DNA of 63,187 nucleotides, filler included, from Octopus bimaculoides (lineage: Eukaryota), in the NCBI RefSeq assembly GCF_001194135.2. It is 6 parts of 6 records of this genome, joined end to end, with 100 filler letters (N's around TTAATTAATTAA, not from the genome) between each part and the next. Parts side by side here need not be neighbours in the genome. Positions count along the whole stretch, not along the records: positions 5,755 to 30,777 come from NC_068984.1; positions 30,878 to 50,791 come from NC_068983.1; 4 more parts are not named here. One strand, 5' to 3'. The notes beneath the pieces were generated by a model. The model did no database searches, was not told where the DNA came from, and saw only the letters and a list, made by a program, of their open reading frames with translations. Each line of letters opens with the position of its first letter. Within the stretch, counting starts at the first letter, position 1. Position numbers and translations under genes: made by a program. This document shows positions 24,506 through 37,040 of the stretch, piece after piece.

Positions 24506-26292
24506 GCTTTGTTGTTGTTATAAATATAATAATAATTATTATTATTATTAAAAGGCGGCGAACTGGCAAAATCGTTAGCACGCCGGGCAAAATGCTACTA
24601 AATTCATTATCTTATGTATATAACAGAAGTCATTGTTATTGTCGTTAGGTAAGGCGTTGAGGTGCCAGAGTCGTCTTCAAATTCTACCCGAGGCGAAATT
24701 GCCTTATAAACATTTGGAGCCTATAAAATCAAGAGCAAGTGTAAGTACTGGGATCGATTGTATCGATTATCCACCTTCCATAAAAATTGTTGGCCTTTTG
24801 TCTATTGTCGGGCGAATTAAGAGAATCGGTACAGCGACAGGCAAAATACCTTCACGTTTCGAATTCGAATCTCGCCTTTCTTGAATTCACTTTTCACTCC
24901 TTAATCGGTAAAATTATTTCCTGTCAAGTACAAGAGTAGGTTTAGTCAATTATATTCTTCCATTTCATCATGCATAAATCTCAAGTTTTTATATCTAGTT
25001 CAAGATAATTTAGTACTAACATCTCCGTAGATGGCAATTGTATCTTATAAATTACGAAAATTGAAATGTCGGTATAAATATTGTAACGATTGTCACAAAA
25101 TCTCAGTTAAAATTCAGTTAAGACATAAAAATAGAAGTGACTTTAGTGGCTTTACTTGTTGAAATATCGATTTTCATACAATTTCCATGGCCATTGTATA
25201 TATTACTTCTTACCAGACGAGAATGTAGTCTCCATACTAAGTTTCTAACACTGTTGAAATAAAACTAAAATTTTCCGATGGATAGAGCATTAATCTCACA
25301 TAAAATATCCATATAAATACCTATAGCTATATGACAAAATGATGATTTGCAACATATGGAATATGTTCTGATGAAACGGTTGTTACTGAAGCGCACTCAC
25401 AAATATAACACCTAGCAACTTAACCACGGAATGCAATATGATCTGGCCACACACTTGAAGATTCCCGTTGGTTTCGATGATGAGAATAAAGTTGCTCGAT
25501 CAATTAAATAACCTGATCATTGAATTTGCGCGTAAATGGCTGAATATTTCACAGACACCTGTATCGCAAATTCAGTGAAAATCAGCTTGGCATACTGTGT
25601 GAGAACGTTATATGTCAATGGCATGAACAATACAGACAGTTTCTGTCGATCTAATTTCACTCAGAAGGTTTGAGTCGACCCGGTGCAATGATGAAAACAC
25701 TTTCTCAAGATGACACACAATAGGATTGAGCCCGAAACTTCGAGATGGCTAAGCAAACTCTTAAACTATTCAGTCGATATTTTTCCATGTATAATAGAAG
25801 AGTTTATGACTTGATTTAATGAAATAAGAATTCTCAGATGAAATACGAAATATTTCGCTGGTTATAATGATGTAAATATAGCAAAATCTTTCAACAGCTT
25901 CATAGTGCATTAATCGCATGGGTAAACACATGGTGTGTATTGATGACAAAATTTTCATAATAGTATATTTGAAACATTTACGGAATATAAAGATGGATTT
26001 TTTCTTAACGTTCGAAAATTGTAGACTCAGTGATTTAATCAGTTCATTTTAGCTTGAATTATCTATTAAAAAACTTGGACGGCATTCAAAAAATAAGGAA
26101 AATAAGAACACAAACGAGCGATAAGAGAGAAAGCATTTATCTTAAACATAACTTGTGCCGGTTATATATATATATTATTCATTCATTCATATATACATTC
26201 ATGCGCACACACACTCCACGCACGTATACATTCATACAGCAACAAATACACGCACACATACATAATTCTCCCCCTCTCTCTTTCTCTCTGTA

Positions 26293-26331
<39 letters not shown>

Positions 26332-27111
26332 NNNNNNNNNNNNNNNNNNNNNNNNNNATATGTATATATGTATGTATACATATGTCTGTGTGTGTGTGTG
26401 TGTCTGGTAGTGACTATAATATTTTTAAAAAATGGTTTCTGTACACTATTTCGGAGAAGTAAAATTGGCAAGATATCAGCCACAAACAAGACAACATTCT
26501 GTGAATGTTTTGGTAAGCGTTTTGGCATAATCCGCTTACTGAAACCAAATCACTACTAAGGTCTATTAAATGTTGCTTTTTAATAAATTGCAATAGCATT
26601 GGTTTTAGAGACACATTACTCTATAACCCAGATCTCGTAGAAAAAGATTGAAGAATCAGATTATAGGAAAATCTACGATATTATCTGTGTAGTGCTGTTA
26701 CACCTTCATACATGATTTAAGAAGTAAACAAAACTATCTCAATTTAACATACTCGCAGAACAAAATTCTATATATGTCTGGCAAAATATTGTAATGATGA
26801 ACAAGAAGTAGAAAGATGAGGATAAAATCTCATACTAGAAAATAATATGCATAACACTACTATGTAAATTGCTTGAAATTTCAGCTCAAGAAGAAACAAT
26901 ACTGTGTCTAGGTGCTTGTAAATGATTGTGTGAATATACGATATACACGTGCTTATCAATACGTATGTATGTCATTATTCAGTCTATTTCAAGATTTCTT
27001 GCCAGTAGAGAGAAAACCGGTTTCTAATCTAGATCCAAGGCTCCTTCACTGGAATTTCAACATCAACAACAGGGCATTTTTTGTTTATATGTATTATATA
27101 TGTATGTATGA

Positions 27112-27144
<33 letters not shown>

Positions 27145-27439
27145 TGTATGTATGTATGTATGTATGTATGTATGTATGTATGTTGGCGCAGATTTGTATG
27201 TCTTATGTAAGTATTCTCATGCATATAGTTGCGTATCTAGACATGCTCATATATATTTAAATGATAAACTTCTGGAAAGTTTTACAGATTTTTACAGTTC
27301 CAGTGACGGATTGGTTCTGTAGTCTTCGAATTAGCTTTCTCCTTTCTGGTTTTGGGGGCCTAATTTCTCAAGATTGATATTTAGGCAGTGCATTACATAT
27401 CTCATGTATGTATGTGTGTATGTATGTATGTATGTATTA

Positions 27440-27730
27440 TGTATGTATGTCATTAAAATGATTTAATTTTGGATGCAGATCCTCCCAATATGATTTCAAT
27501 CGTTTCGTATAGCCAGCAGTGGGGTTTTGTTTCGCTCTTTCGTAGCAGTTAAATATATCATTATTCAATTCATAACTCCAAGAGAAATGAGTTTTGTAGT
27601 TACCGTTTCTTCTATAACTACAGCTAGAAAGAATTTGTTTACCTGTTGAGCTGTTGTTTTCGTTCTGTTCCTCCACTGTGTTGTTGATGTTATGTCCAGC
27701 CATGTTGTTTGTAGTAACACTCTGCATGCT
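27440..27730 (-). mobile_element. N-terminal region of an R4/Dong-like ORF
   Basis: FSWSYELNNDIFNCYERAKQNPTAGYTKRLKSYWEDLHP resembles the W..E.N....CY..A...GY..R....W...P motif of this clade. Confidence 0.55.
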
Positions 27731-28149
27731 AAACTCAAGTTTCAGTCGAAAATCACTACGATCGTAAATAAAAAAAAAGGCTTCCTCAGTTAATTCATCT
27801 GAAGATTAACCAGTTATTTAACAAGGCTTCTAGTTGTGGCTCCAAAGTTGAAGACAGTATTCATCGTATTTTCGATAAATAGTCTCCTACGCTAAATACG
27901 CGACTTGTCGCTTCGAATATGTATATACCTGAATCGATGTATATATATATACATATATATCCTACTGACATTTCCATCATTTATACATACGCACATTCAA
28001 GTATGAGTTTCTTCCCTCCTCACAGAATACTGGTACGGTTTCTTCAGAGCTTTTCTGCAATATATACACATGATCATTCATCAACCAATTCTGATGTGAG
28101 ATTTCCTGTCCTTTGATCTCCAGCTATTTCATCTCACGGGTTAGAGGTT

Positions 28150-29500
28150 TCCTATCGGACCACTCCATTACAACATTATTCGATGAGGCCATCTCTGACT
28201 AATCTGTTAACTTTTGTGTACTTCGCGGTTCTGTTTTACTGACATATTATTCTTTATATGAACGACTTAAAGTAAGATGTAATTAAATATATACTTCTAC
28301 GTATTTTATTATACTACCCTTCGCTTTTAATGACCCTTCGCTTTTAGTGACCTTTCCTAATATTACATATTCTTCTCGCTTCCACACTTCAACCTACAAG
28401 TCTCTGTAAGACATTCCTGACCTAAGATCATCAGATACCGTTTTATCTTCAATCCACACTATACTCAGCGGCTGAATCATTTTGTAGGCATTTTGTCGTT
28501 CTACTACTTCCACTATATTATCAAGAATGACTTCTATCACACCGACCCAAAATGAAAATCTTCCCTGACATTGTTTCTTCTCTTAACCTTTAACAGTATA
28601 CTCTCAAATTCTAACCTTTTTCTTCAATCTTTTTCTCATTACATGAATCGATGCTAATCTATGGAATCCTACATTATCAGATGTTTCTGAGTTTCACAAG
28701 AGTAATGAATGAAAACAGGCTATGGAAGCAGTTTTTTACATTATCTGTTTCTGTTCTCAATTATCACAATGTGTTTTCTATAAAGTTAACTCTCTTCCAA
28801 AGTTAGCTCTTCTACGGTAAGTAGAAATTAATATTTCTTCCTCTTCGAAAATGTCGGTCTTTCACTTGATATTACTTGTAAGATCTGGTATAAAAACCTC
28901 CGCATATAGGCTCAGATTTCTCCTTTCTCTCCTCTCTCTCTGTTTACCTTTCTCTTTTGTTTATTTTATATCGGTTGTTCTCAACCAGACCATTCCCCAG
29001 CAGTTGCGCACCACTGTAGCCGGTGCGGTTTCTTACAGGCATCTTTTTTTGCATAAATGGCTCATTCGATGTTACCACCAATTAAAAACTTTCCTTATTA
29101 CTCTAATGCTTTCCAATATTTATAACATTGTGAAACCGTCATCACAAAAGCCAGGATATATCTTTCCTGCATGAATATATTTCAGGTCTGATTAGTTGAG
29201 ACCCACATTGGAACCACGCTCAAATATCTAAAAACAGCGCTACTGCTATATGCTACAATATGCCAAAAACTCAAGTCTCTACTGCCAATCAGTATCCTCT
29301 GGCTGGTATATATATTCATGCGCAAACAAATTACATAAGTCTCACATACGCGGTGCGCCTCTACTTTTGTGTCATTACTACTAAATTTCACCAAACCCAA
29401 ATAACTTGCCACTTACACTATCATCAATTCTGCTGTATCTCATCCCGGTCTTTTACTCGGCACTTTCTCTCCACTCTTATTTAGAACTTCTATAGAATAT
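28150..29500 (-). mobile_element. Very degenerate RTE-like LINE (APE to RT)
   Basis: Weak remnants IGGNIE (cf. IGGDFN) and SDDL...EVWK (cf. ADDL...LEVWK). Confidence 0.3.
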
Positions 29501-29643
29501 CCTTCTATCAACATTTTCCCTACAAGTATTGACATAGGTCATCAGACTGACCTAAGATTCACACAGAACATTGTTTGCAACTATGACACTGTGGTTGTTG
29601 CCCTTACTCATTCTTTGGCTGAATAAATAAAGAATATCTAGAT

Positions 29644-29972
29644 CATAGATTCTCAAAGGTGGGCGCTACTGTCCTCGGGTGGGCGTTGAGAGAGACCAAG
29701 TGGACGCTGGTGTTTAAGGGAGTGGTGTTTGTGGGGTAGAGAAAAAGGAGGCATTGGGAGGAAGGCAGTGGATTGGGAGACGCAATGAATTTATTATATT
29801 ATTATATTACAGTATAGAAATTATATGTTATATTAAATATCAAATGATTCATAGTACATATAAATTAGTAAAATATAAAATATTTATTTACACATAAAAA
29901 TAGGGGTGGGAGCGCTGAGGGTATTATGTGGCCATGAGTGGGGCGGTTGCCCAAAAAGTTTAAGAACCTCTG
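29644..29972. mobile_element. hAT (Charlie-like) MITE, copy 1
   Basis: Ends CATAGATTCTCAAA / TTTAAGAACCTCTG; flanks ATCTAGAT and ATCAACAT (decayed 8-bp TSD); similar to 40603. Confidence 0.75.
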
Positions 29973-30632
29973 ATCAACATACTTTTAATGAGTAACGTGA
30001 CAACCAACTTTCGTTCATGAACGTAGTCGATCCACATATCAAAGTAACTTACGTTAATGTTCCCAGTCTTTTATGACCTGTCGTACAGATTATATATCAG
30101 TAACATCGCTAATGCTGCATCTCAAGGGCTAACTTTTCTTTTTATAATGCAAATCTACTTCAGGTCTTAAAGGCTAATGAGTTCACTCAAGACACAATTG
30201 CACTCCGCAAGAGAGTATTGCTCACGTATCATGGAAAGGTCAGCTACACGCGCTAACTTTCCACAATCGACCGAGAAAAAAAAAAACAGCAAAAGCAATT
30301 GGCTGGTTTTCAAAATATTTAGGAAGCTCTGAATACACGTGAGCCCACACTTTTCGTCCAATTCTCATCTTGTAAATCCCTGCGTGTCTCAGGTCTTAAT
30401 TACTCACAAATACTTCACCCTAACATAGAGTCCGATGGGCAACCTTCTGAACATCCTAATCTGCTGTAGCTGCTGAATATCTTCATAACAGCATCGACCT
30501 CATTTATATTCATATACATATACATATATATATACATTTACATATACATATACATATATATATCTATATTTACATATATACACATGTGTGTGTGTGTGTA
30601 TGAGTGTGTGTGTGCGTACGTGCGTGCGTGTA

Positions 30633-30740
30633 GGCGCAGGAGTGGCTGTGTGACAAGAAGCTTGCTTTTCAACCACATGGTTCCGGGTTCAGTCCCACTG
30701 CGTGAGTGCATTTGGCTGACGGAAACTGAAAGAAGCCCGT

Positions 30741-30743
<3 letters not shown>
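30633..30743 (+). mobile_element. Family-A SINE with internal deletion
   Basis: GGCGCAGGAGTGGCTGTGTG...GAAAGAAGCCCGTCG followed by (TA)n. Confidence 0.8.
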
Positions 30744-30777
<34 letters not shown>

Positions 30778-30877
30778 NNNNNNNNNNNNNNNNNNNNNNN
30801 NNNNNNNNNNNNNNNNNNNNNTTAATTAATTAANNNNNNNNNNNNNNNNNNNNNNNNNNNNNNNNNNNNNNNNNNNN
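30778..30877. other. Artificial scaffold-join spacer
   Basis: N44-TTAATTAATTAA-N44. Confidence 0.95.
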
Positions 30878-30919
<42 letters not shown>

Positions 30920-32504
30920 TGATAATAAGGAAAATGAAGAATTTGAACATTCAGACTACTTCTGCTTGGTTTATTCATAATAATTGTCTGACATGTTTCG
31001 GTTGTATCAACTGCAAATTGCTGCATATGAATATGCAGGGATTTATGCATAGTTTGTATGATTTATTCAGGGTAAATAAATATGTTATTGTTCAAGGAGT
31101 AATTCTCCCCATTATTAGTTTGAATCAGGCTTGATAGTGGCAGTAGTATGGTAGTTTCTTGGAAATATACCTTAAAACAGATCATTGGAAGAAACCGGCC
31201 TTGGCACTTTACAAAGAGTAACACATTATCTACCTGGATATTCATCTCCCTCCTCTCACTCTATACTAAGTATGGGGGTTTTAGTTCAGAGGTGATCTAA
31301 ACGATTAAGTATGCTATGTAAGTGCTGTAATGGATAACTGGAGCTCCAAGGTTATAGCTGAGATGGTAGTTATGGAGCCATTGCAGATTTCCAATATAGC
31401 GGATATATAATTGTTAAAGGACAACAAACGCTAAGGTAAAGCAAACATTTGTTGTCCTCTTTAACAAATATATATATATATATATATATATACATATCTA
31501 TATTTATTTATATAAGGTCATTACTATACATAAATGCCTCATGCTAATAGGGACTCTAAAGTCAAACTACCATAATAAACACATGATGGATTTTTCCCTT
31601 ATGCGGTTTTTTCACACTAACTACTTGATAAATTCTTACAAAGATTTTATACTATTATTGAATTATATATATATATATACATGCACACACACATGTGCTG
31701 TTTGTTTATGTTCCATACTTAGTAAAAGACAAATAGAACTTGCTAAACAGAAGTACGACTTTTGAAGAGTAATTACTTGCGTCAATATCATTAACTGAAA
31801 CCTTGAAGACAATGTTCCAGTAAGTCTGCAGATCAATGACTAAAGTAAGCAAAAAAAGGTCAAAAATTAATAAAACAAAAGTCAATCAATGTAAAAAATA
31901 ACAATTTTGAATTGGAAAATTGAAAGAGACTGGCGTATATTGCATTTTTTTTTTTTGATGGGGGTGAGTGGATATTATATTTTATACATTCCTTGAGATA
32001 CAATGACTGAAGATATGGTACTGAACTTCAAACCAAATGATCAAGAGGTCATGATTCACTATAAAAACAAATCAATGTTGGTCTGTGAGCAAGACACAGA
32101 ATTCTGCTTATTCTAATTTGTCTGACTAACCAAAAGGTGGAACAACAAAATCACAGATGAATGCTTAGCAATGAGTAAGGAATCTAGCCATGAAATAATT
32201 CATCCAACAGACACAATATATTGCCAGCATGCCAAAACTGGAAAGTGATTGTGAAGGAGGAACAAAAAAATATTTGTTTTTCTCTTTAAAATCTAGATTT
32301 GAATGTATTCCTCACTTCATTTATCTTTATTTCTAATCTACCTTCATTTGAATTTTCCCTCCACTCTTTGACCCCACACCATCATAGCATATTACATACA
32401 TACAAATAAATACACACACGCACATATATAAAAACACACAGCTATATATACATATAAATACACACACACACACACACACACACACAGGTATTCACAAACA
32501 TATC

Positions 32505-32945
32505 ATCATCATCATCGTTTAACATCCACCTTTCATGCTTGCATGAGTGGGACGGTTTCACAAGAACTGGCCAGGCAGAAGCCTGCACCAGATATCTGTG
32601 ACTGTTTTGGAAGGACGTTTACAGCTGGATGCCCTTCCTGACACCAACTACTCAGCAGAGTGGACTTAGTGCTTTTTACATGGCACAAGCACAGGCAAGG
32701 TATTTACAGCTGAATGCCCTTCCAAATGCCAACCACTTACAGTGTGGACCAGATGCTTCTTGAATAGCACCTGCACTGAAAGGGTCACCAAGTACTTTCA
32801 AGGCCAAATAAAAAGAACTTTCACAAGGAGTGGGGGGATTGGAAGAAATGATCTTGTGTTGGATGATGAAAGGTTATAGCAAGACAGAGAGACAGAAACA
32901 GTGTCTTTCTTTAGAGGAAGTACAAGGTTGTCCAGCAGGAGAGAG
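32505..32945 (+). mobile_element. SINE-like family D ((CAT)n-GTTTAAC...GCTGGATGCCCTTCC)
   Basis: Similar to copies at 34722, 36570, 43430 and 45537. Confidence 0.65.
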
Positions 32946-33076
32946 AGAGAGAGAGAGAGTGAGAGATTGAGATNNNNNNNNNNTATATATAACTTGCCAG
33001 TGTTCCCTTCATCATATACACAGTAAAATCATTCAGTTAAAATGGTTTATTGATGTGTGCTGTTTCTTTTTTTTTT

Positions 33077-33161
33077 CCCCTGATGAGAAGATCGCATGGT
33101 TTTACATAATTTTATTCCCTCTAGAATAATACCAATGTTTTCTTCAAAGCACATGTTGGAA
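33077..33161 (+). ncRNA. Decayed type I hammerhead ribozyme
   Basis: CC-CTGATGA-GAAGA...TCTTC-AAAG (GAAA lost)-C-ACAT-G-TT-GG; the downstream flank resembles that of the 49708 HHR. Confidence 0.55.
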
Positions 33162-33570
33162 GTATAAAGATTTGAATAACATCTGCATTTAACTCCATTT
33201 CTTTATTTATCTGTTATACAAAAACATTTCACTAAACCCTGGAATTTCTACCTTTATAAATAGGCTGTAACATCCTTGGAACTTATGTGAATTTTTCGCT
33301 TCCCTGGTAACTATTTATTTATCTTTTTCCATGTTATTTGCACACACTGAAAAAATACACAAAAAAACAACAGATGAAGACAGGTGGTGTAAACAACAAA
33401 TGAATGTATTAGTATAACGCTCATGAATAGAGAAAGTCTTTAATGTTCCGAGCCTATGCTCTTCAACAGAAAGGAACACAGAAAGAAACAAGGAGAGAAA
33501 AAAAATGTGTGTAGTGGTCAGCGATCTATAAACATATACATATATTATATAGTCAAGTAAAGTCAAGTAA

Positions 33571-33717
33571 GTATATCCTTGGCTATGGCTCGTCAGAAAG
33601 TTATGGTTTCATAACTATTATTGCACTTGACAGTATAGGGGCTGCCTACGTTGCCAAGTGCAGTAGTAGACATGAAACCAATGATAACTTTCTGAGAAGC
33701 CATAGCAAAGGATACAC
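33571..33717. repeat. 147-nt imperfect palindrome (fold-back)
   Basis: GTATATCCTTGGCTATGGCTCGTCAGAAAGTTAT versus the reverse complement of ATAACTTTCTGAGAAGCCATAGCAAAGGATACAC (30 of 34 identical); pairing continues to a 5-nt loop. Confidence 0.9.
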
Positions 33718-33789
33718 ACTATGTGACCACATAAAATAAAACTGCTCGAAAGAATTTTATTTAGAATGGGCTTCTTTTCATATTAGTTT

Positions 33790-34130
33790 ATTTGTTTTAG
33801 TCATCTGACCACGACCATGCAGGAGCACCACCTTCAGTCAAAGAAATTGATCCCAGGGCTTATTCATTTGTAAGCCTAGTACTTATTCTATCAGTCTCTT
33901 TTGCCAAACCACTAAGTTATAGGGACGTAGACAAACCAACATCAGTTGTCAAGCAATGGCGAGGGACAAACTCACACACACAAATATACATATATATATA
34001 TCTGATAGGCTTCTTTCAGTTTCTGTCTACCAAATCCACTCAAGTCAGTCCGAGGCTTTAGTCAGTCTGAAGCTATAGTAGAAAATACTTGCCCAAGGTG
34101 TCACGTAGTGGGAGTGAACCCAGAATCATT
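33790..34130 (-). mobile_element. Family A+C SINE with CpG decay
   Basis: A module at 34005-34130 and C module at 33790-33972; consensus CG positions read TG/CA. Confidence 0.75.
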
Positions 34131-34397
34131 TGGGGGGTCGTGGGNNNNNNNNNNNNNNNNNNNNNNNNNNNNNNNNNNNNNNNNNNNNNNNNNNNNNNNN
34201 NNNNNNNNNNNNNNNNNNNNNNNNNNNNNNNNNNNNNNNNNNNNNNNNNNNNNNNNNNNNNNNNNNNNNNNNNNNNNNNNNNNNNNNNNNNNNNNGGTAT
34301 CAACAAAGAGAGGAAGTAGGTATCAGATGAAGAGAGGAGGAGAAGTGGGTAGGAGTGAGGAGAGGAAGTAGATGTCAGATGAAGAGAAGAGAGGAGG

Positions 34398-34714
34398 GGA
34401 ATAGAGCCCATGTGGCACAAAGGAGCAAAGAGAGAAGATTAATTCCTGCTCACAGTGAAGGCAGGAGTCCAGATGGCCCCTGTGCAAAGACAATCCGAAC
34501 ACAAGTGTTGTAGTGAATGACTGGTAGAGTGGAAATGGTACTAGACTGTGGTGTCATTGCTGAGTCTGATGTCTCAGAGGTGCTCCACGAACCAGTCAGC
34601 CAAGCAGCGTCCTATTAGACTGATGTACAGGGAAGAGCAGGAGATGCAGTAAATGACATTGCTAGAAGTGCAGGTAAAGGAGTCGGTGATATGATAGGGA
34701 CGATGATAGGTGCC
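34398..34714 (-). mobile_element. Penelope-like GIY-YIG endonuclease C-terminal fragment (pseudogenised)
   Basis: ITDSFTCTSSNVIYCISCSSLYISLIGRCLADWFVEHL*DIRLSNDTTV*YHFHSTSHSLQHL, matching the PLE pattern FTCxSxNVIYxIxC..YIGxT.R.L..RF.EH. Confidence 0.8.
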
Positions 34715-34721
34715 TTGGCCA

Positions 34722-35200
34722 GTGCCACCTGACTGGTACCTGTGTCAGTGGCACATAAAAAGCAACATTCGAGCATGGCCAATGCTAGTGCCTCTTGATT
34801 GGCACCTGTGCCATGGCATGTAAAAAGCATCATTTGAGCATGACCGATGCCAGTGCCGCCTGACTGGCACCTGTGCTGGTGGTATGTAAAAAGCACTATT
34901 CGAGTGTGGCCAATGCCAGTGCCGCCTGACTTGCTCCCACGCCAGTGGCACATAAAAAGTACCATTCCAGCATAGCCAATGCCAGTGCCATCTGGTTGGC
35001 TCCTGTGCCTGTAGCACGTAAAAAGCACCCACTACACTCTCGGAATGGTTGACATTAGGAAGAGCATCCAGCTGTAGAAACCTTACCAAATCAGATTGGA
35101 GCCTGGTGCAACCTCCCGGCTTTTGCCAGTTCTCAGTCAAACCATCCAATCCATATCAGCATGGAAAGCAGACGTTAAATGATGGTGATGAAGATGATGA
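34722..35200 (-). mobile_element. Family-D SINE with internal 65-66-bp tandem repeats
   Basis: Units start at 34722, 34788, 34853, 34919 and 34985 (GTGCC-CCTGACTGG...TAAAAAGCA). Confidence 0.8.
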
Positions 35201-35382
35201 TGATATACATATATATGTGCACACTCACACAAACACACATATACACACATTCATATAGATTTGTATGTCATTGCATTTATATTGTCACATATACATAAAA
35301 TAATATTTTGCTTAATTTGAATCAATGTATTTGATATGATACACACCAACACAAACTCAAACACAATTCACAGACATACACA

Positions 35383-35432
<50 letters not shown>

Positions 35433-36569
35433 ACAAGAAATTATTTATCACATTTGGGAAATCATCTGTTTATTAATGTTTCCCAAACTTTATAACTAAT
35501 CTGTCACTTTACATAGCAGAGAGATAAATCAATAGATTATAAGATTTTGTACTAAATTCAAATATTCAATGTTTTCTTAAATTCCTGATTAGAAATCTTG
35601 ATTCATCTTTCTTTAAAATGGTAAAAGAAAATCCATAGATGAAAGGAATGTTTCGGCATGCCTTTATTCAATGAGAGGTTGCAAATGCTGGTTGATTTTT
35701 TTGAGGTTTATTTTGTTATTCTTTTTATTGACTATTTTTTTAGTATGAGAAGACAAGATGAAAAGGAATATATTACAGACACGGTAAGTTGAATTCTAAC
35801 CAAGTTTTGAAATATATAACTCTTTCCAAAGAAAACAGGGGTTTTTTTTGTCTTTTTATGAGATGAAATTAAGATATTATTTAGCTCTTTTTTTATTTTC
35901 TATCAGTTAATCTTGTTAATTTTTTTTTTTATTTTGAGTTTTTGAAATGTTTAATAAAAGAGAAAGAACAACAATAATTTTTTGTGGAAATGAGCATTTT
36001 AAAATAAGTAAGTACATAATTTAGAAATGACACAAAAATAGAAAAACCAAATGTATGATGCCTTTGTAAGATAATCTTCATTTAATTTTCTTGTTGGTGT
36101 TCACCTTTCTAAAGATTGTATGTTGTTTTATTTTTTGGTATGAAAATAGAAACATTAATGAGCTTCATAAGAATTTCTCCCACTCACAACATAGTAAAAG
36201 TATGTGTGTATGTGTATCTGTGAATTGGAATAATTGTGTGCATTTGTGCATGTATGTCTATGTACATACACAACAGGAATGTCTGAGATTGGCAGTTTCT
36301 AGATAACTAATAGAACTGTATTTAGATTATGTGCAGTTAGTCATTGTTTCATCGTTGTCATTATTGATTTACTGCCTACTTTTCTATGCTTGCATGGATC
36401 GGACAAGACTACATTATGGCAAACATTTCTACTGCCAGACACCCTTCCTGACACCAAACCTTACCTTTCTTTGAGCAAGTTATAATCTCCCAGTCTATCG
36501 AACAACAAACAGCCCAGACATGGTTTATGCAGAGAACTGGAAACAAAGAACACCTTTGTTTCTTATATA

Positions 36570-37040
36570 TATATATATCAACATCATCATCATTTAACAT
36601 CTATTTTCTATGCTGGCTATGGGTGGATAGTTTGACAGGAGCTGGCCAGTTAAAGAGCTGGCAGAATCGTTAGCACGCTAACGAAATGCTTGGCGGTACT
36701 TCGTCTGCCGCTACATTCTGAGTTCAAATTCCGCCGAGGTCAACTTTGCCTTTCATCCTTTCGGGGTCGATAAATTAAGTACCAATTGCATACTGGGGTC
36801 CATCTAATCAAATGGCCCCCTCCCCAAAAATTTCAGGCCTTGTGCTTAGAGAAGAATAGAAAGAGCTTCCCAGGCTCCAACTGACTATTTAAGCATGGCT
36901 TCTACGGTTGGATGCCCTTCCAAACACCAACCACTTCACAGAGTGCACTGGGTGCTCTTATACAGCATTGGCACAGGTGCTTTTATGTGGCACTGGTATG
37001 GGTGCTTTTTGACGTGGCACCAGCACCCATGTGGCAGCAA
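36570..37040 (+). mobile_element. Family-D SINE interrupted by a family-B SINE (36655-36857)
   Basis: The D sequence resumes after the B copy; AAAGAGCT is present at both junctions. Confidence 0.65.

Noticed and set aside
27002-27052. Minus-strand GTGAAGG-AGCC...GAAA-CCGG HHR-like motif
   Set aside because: The core has two substitutions and stem II is broken; possibly a very old relic, not counted.
27735-27795. Minus-strand CTGAGGA-AGCC...GACT-GAAA-C-TTGA-G-TT as an HHR upstream of the LINE ORF
   Set aside because: Stem II has a mismatch and stem I cannot be formed convincingly.
30975-31012. Minus-strand CGAAACATGTCAGAC 3' half of an HHR
   Set aside because: No CTGANGA core upstream.
34722-35030. 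Regularly spaced 66-bp repeats as a CRISPR-like array
   Set aside because: Whole units are similar with no unique spacers, they lie inside a eukaryotic SINE, and there are no cas genes.
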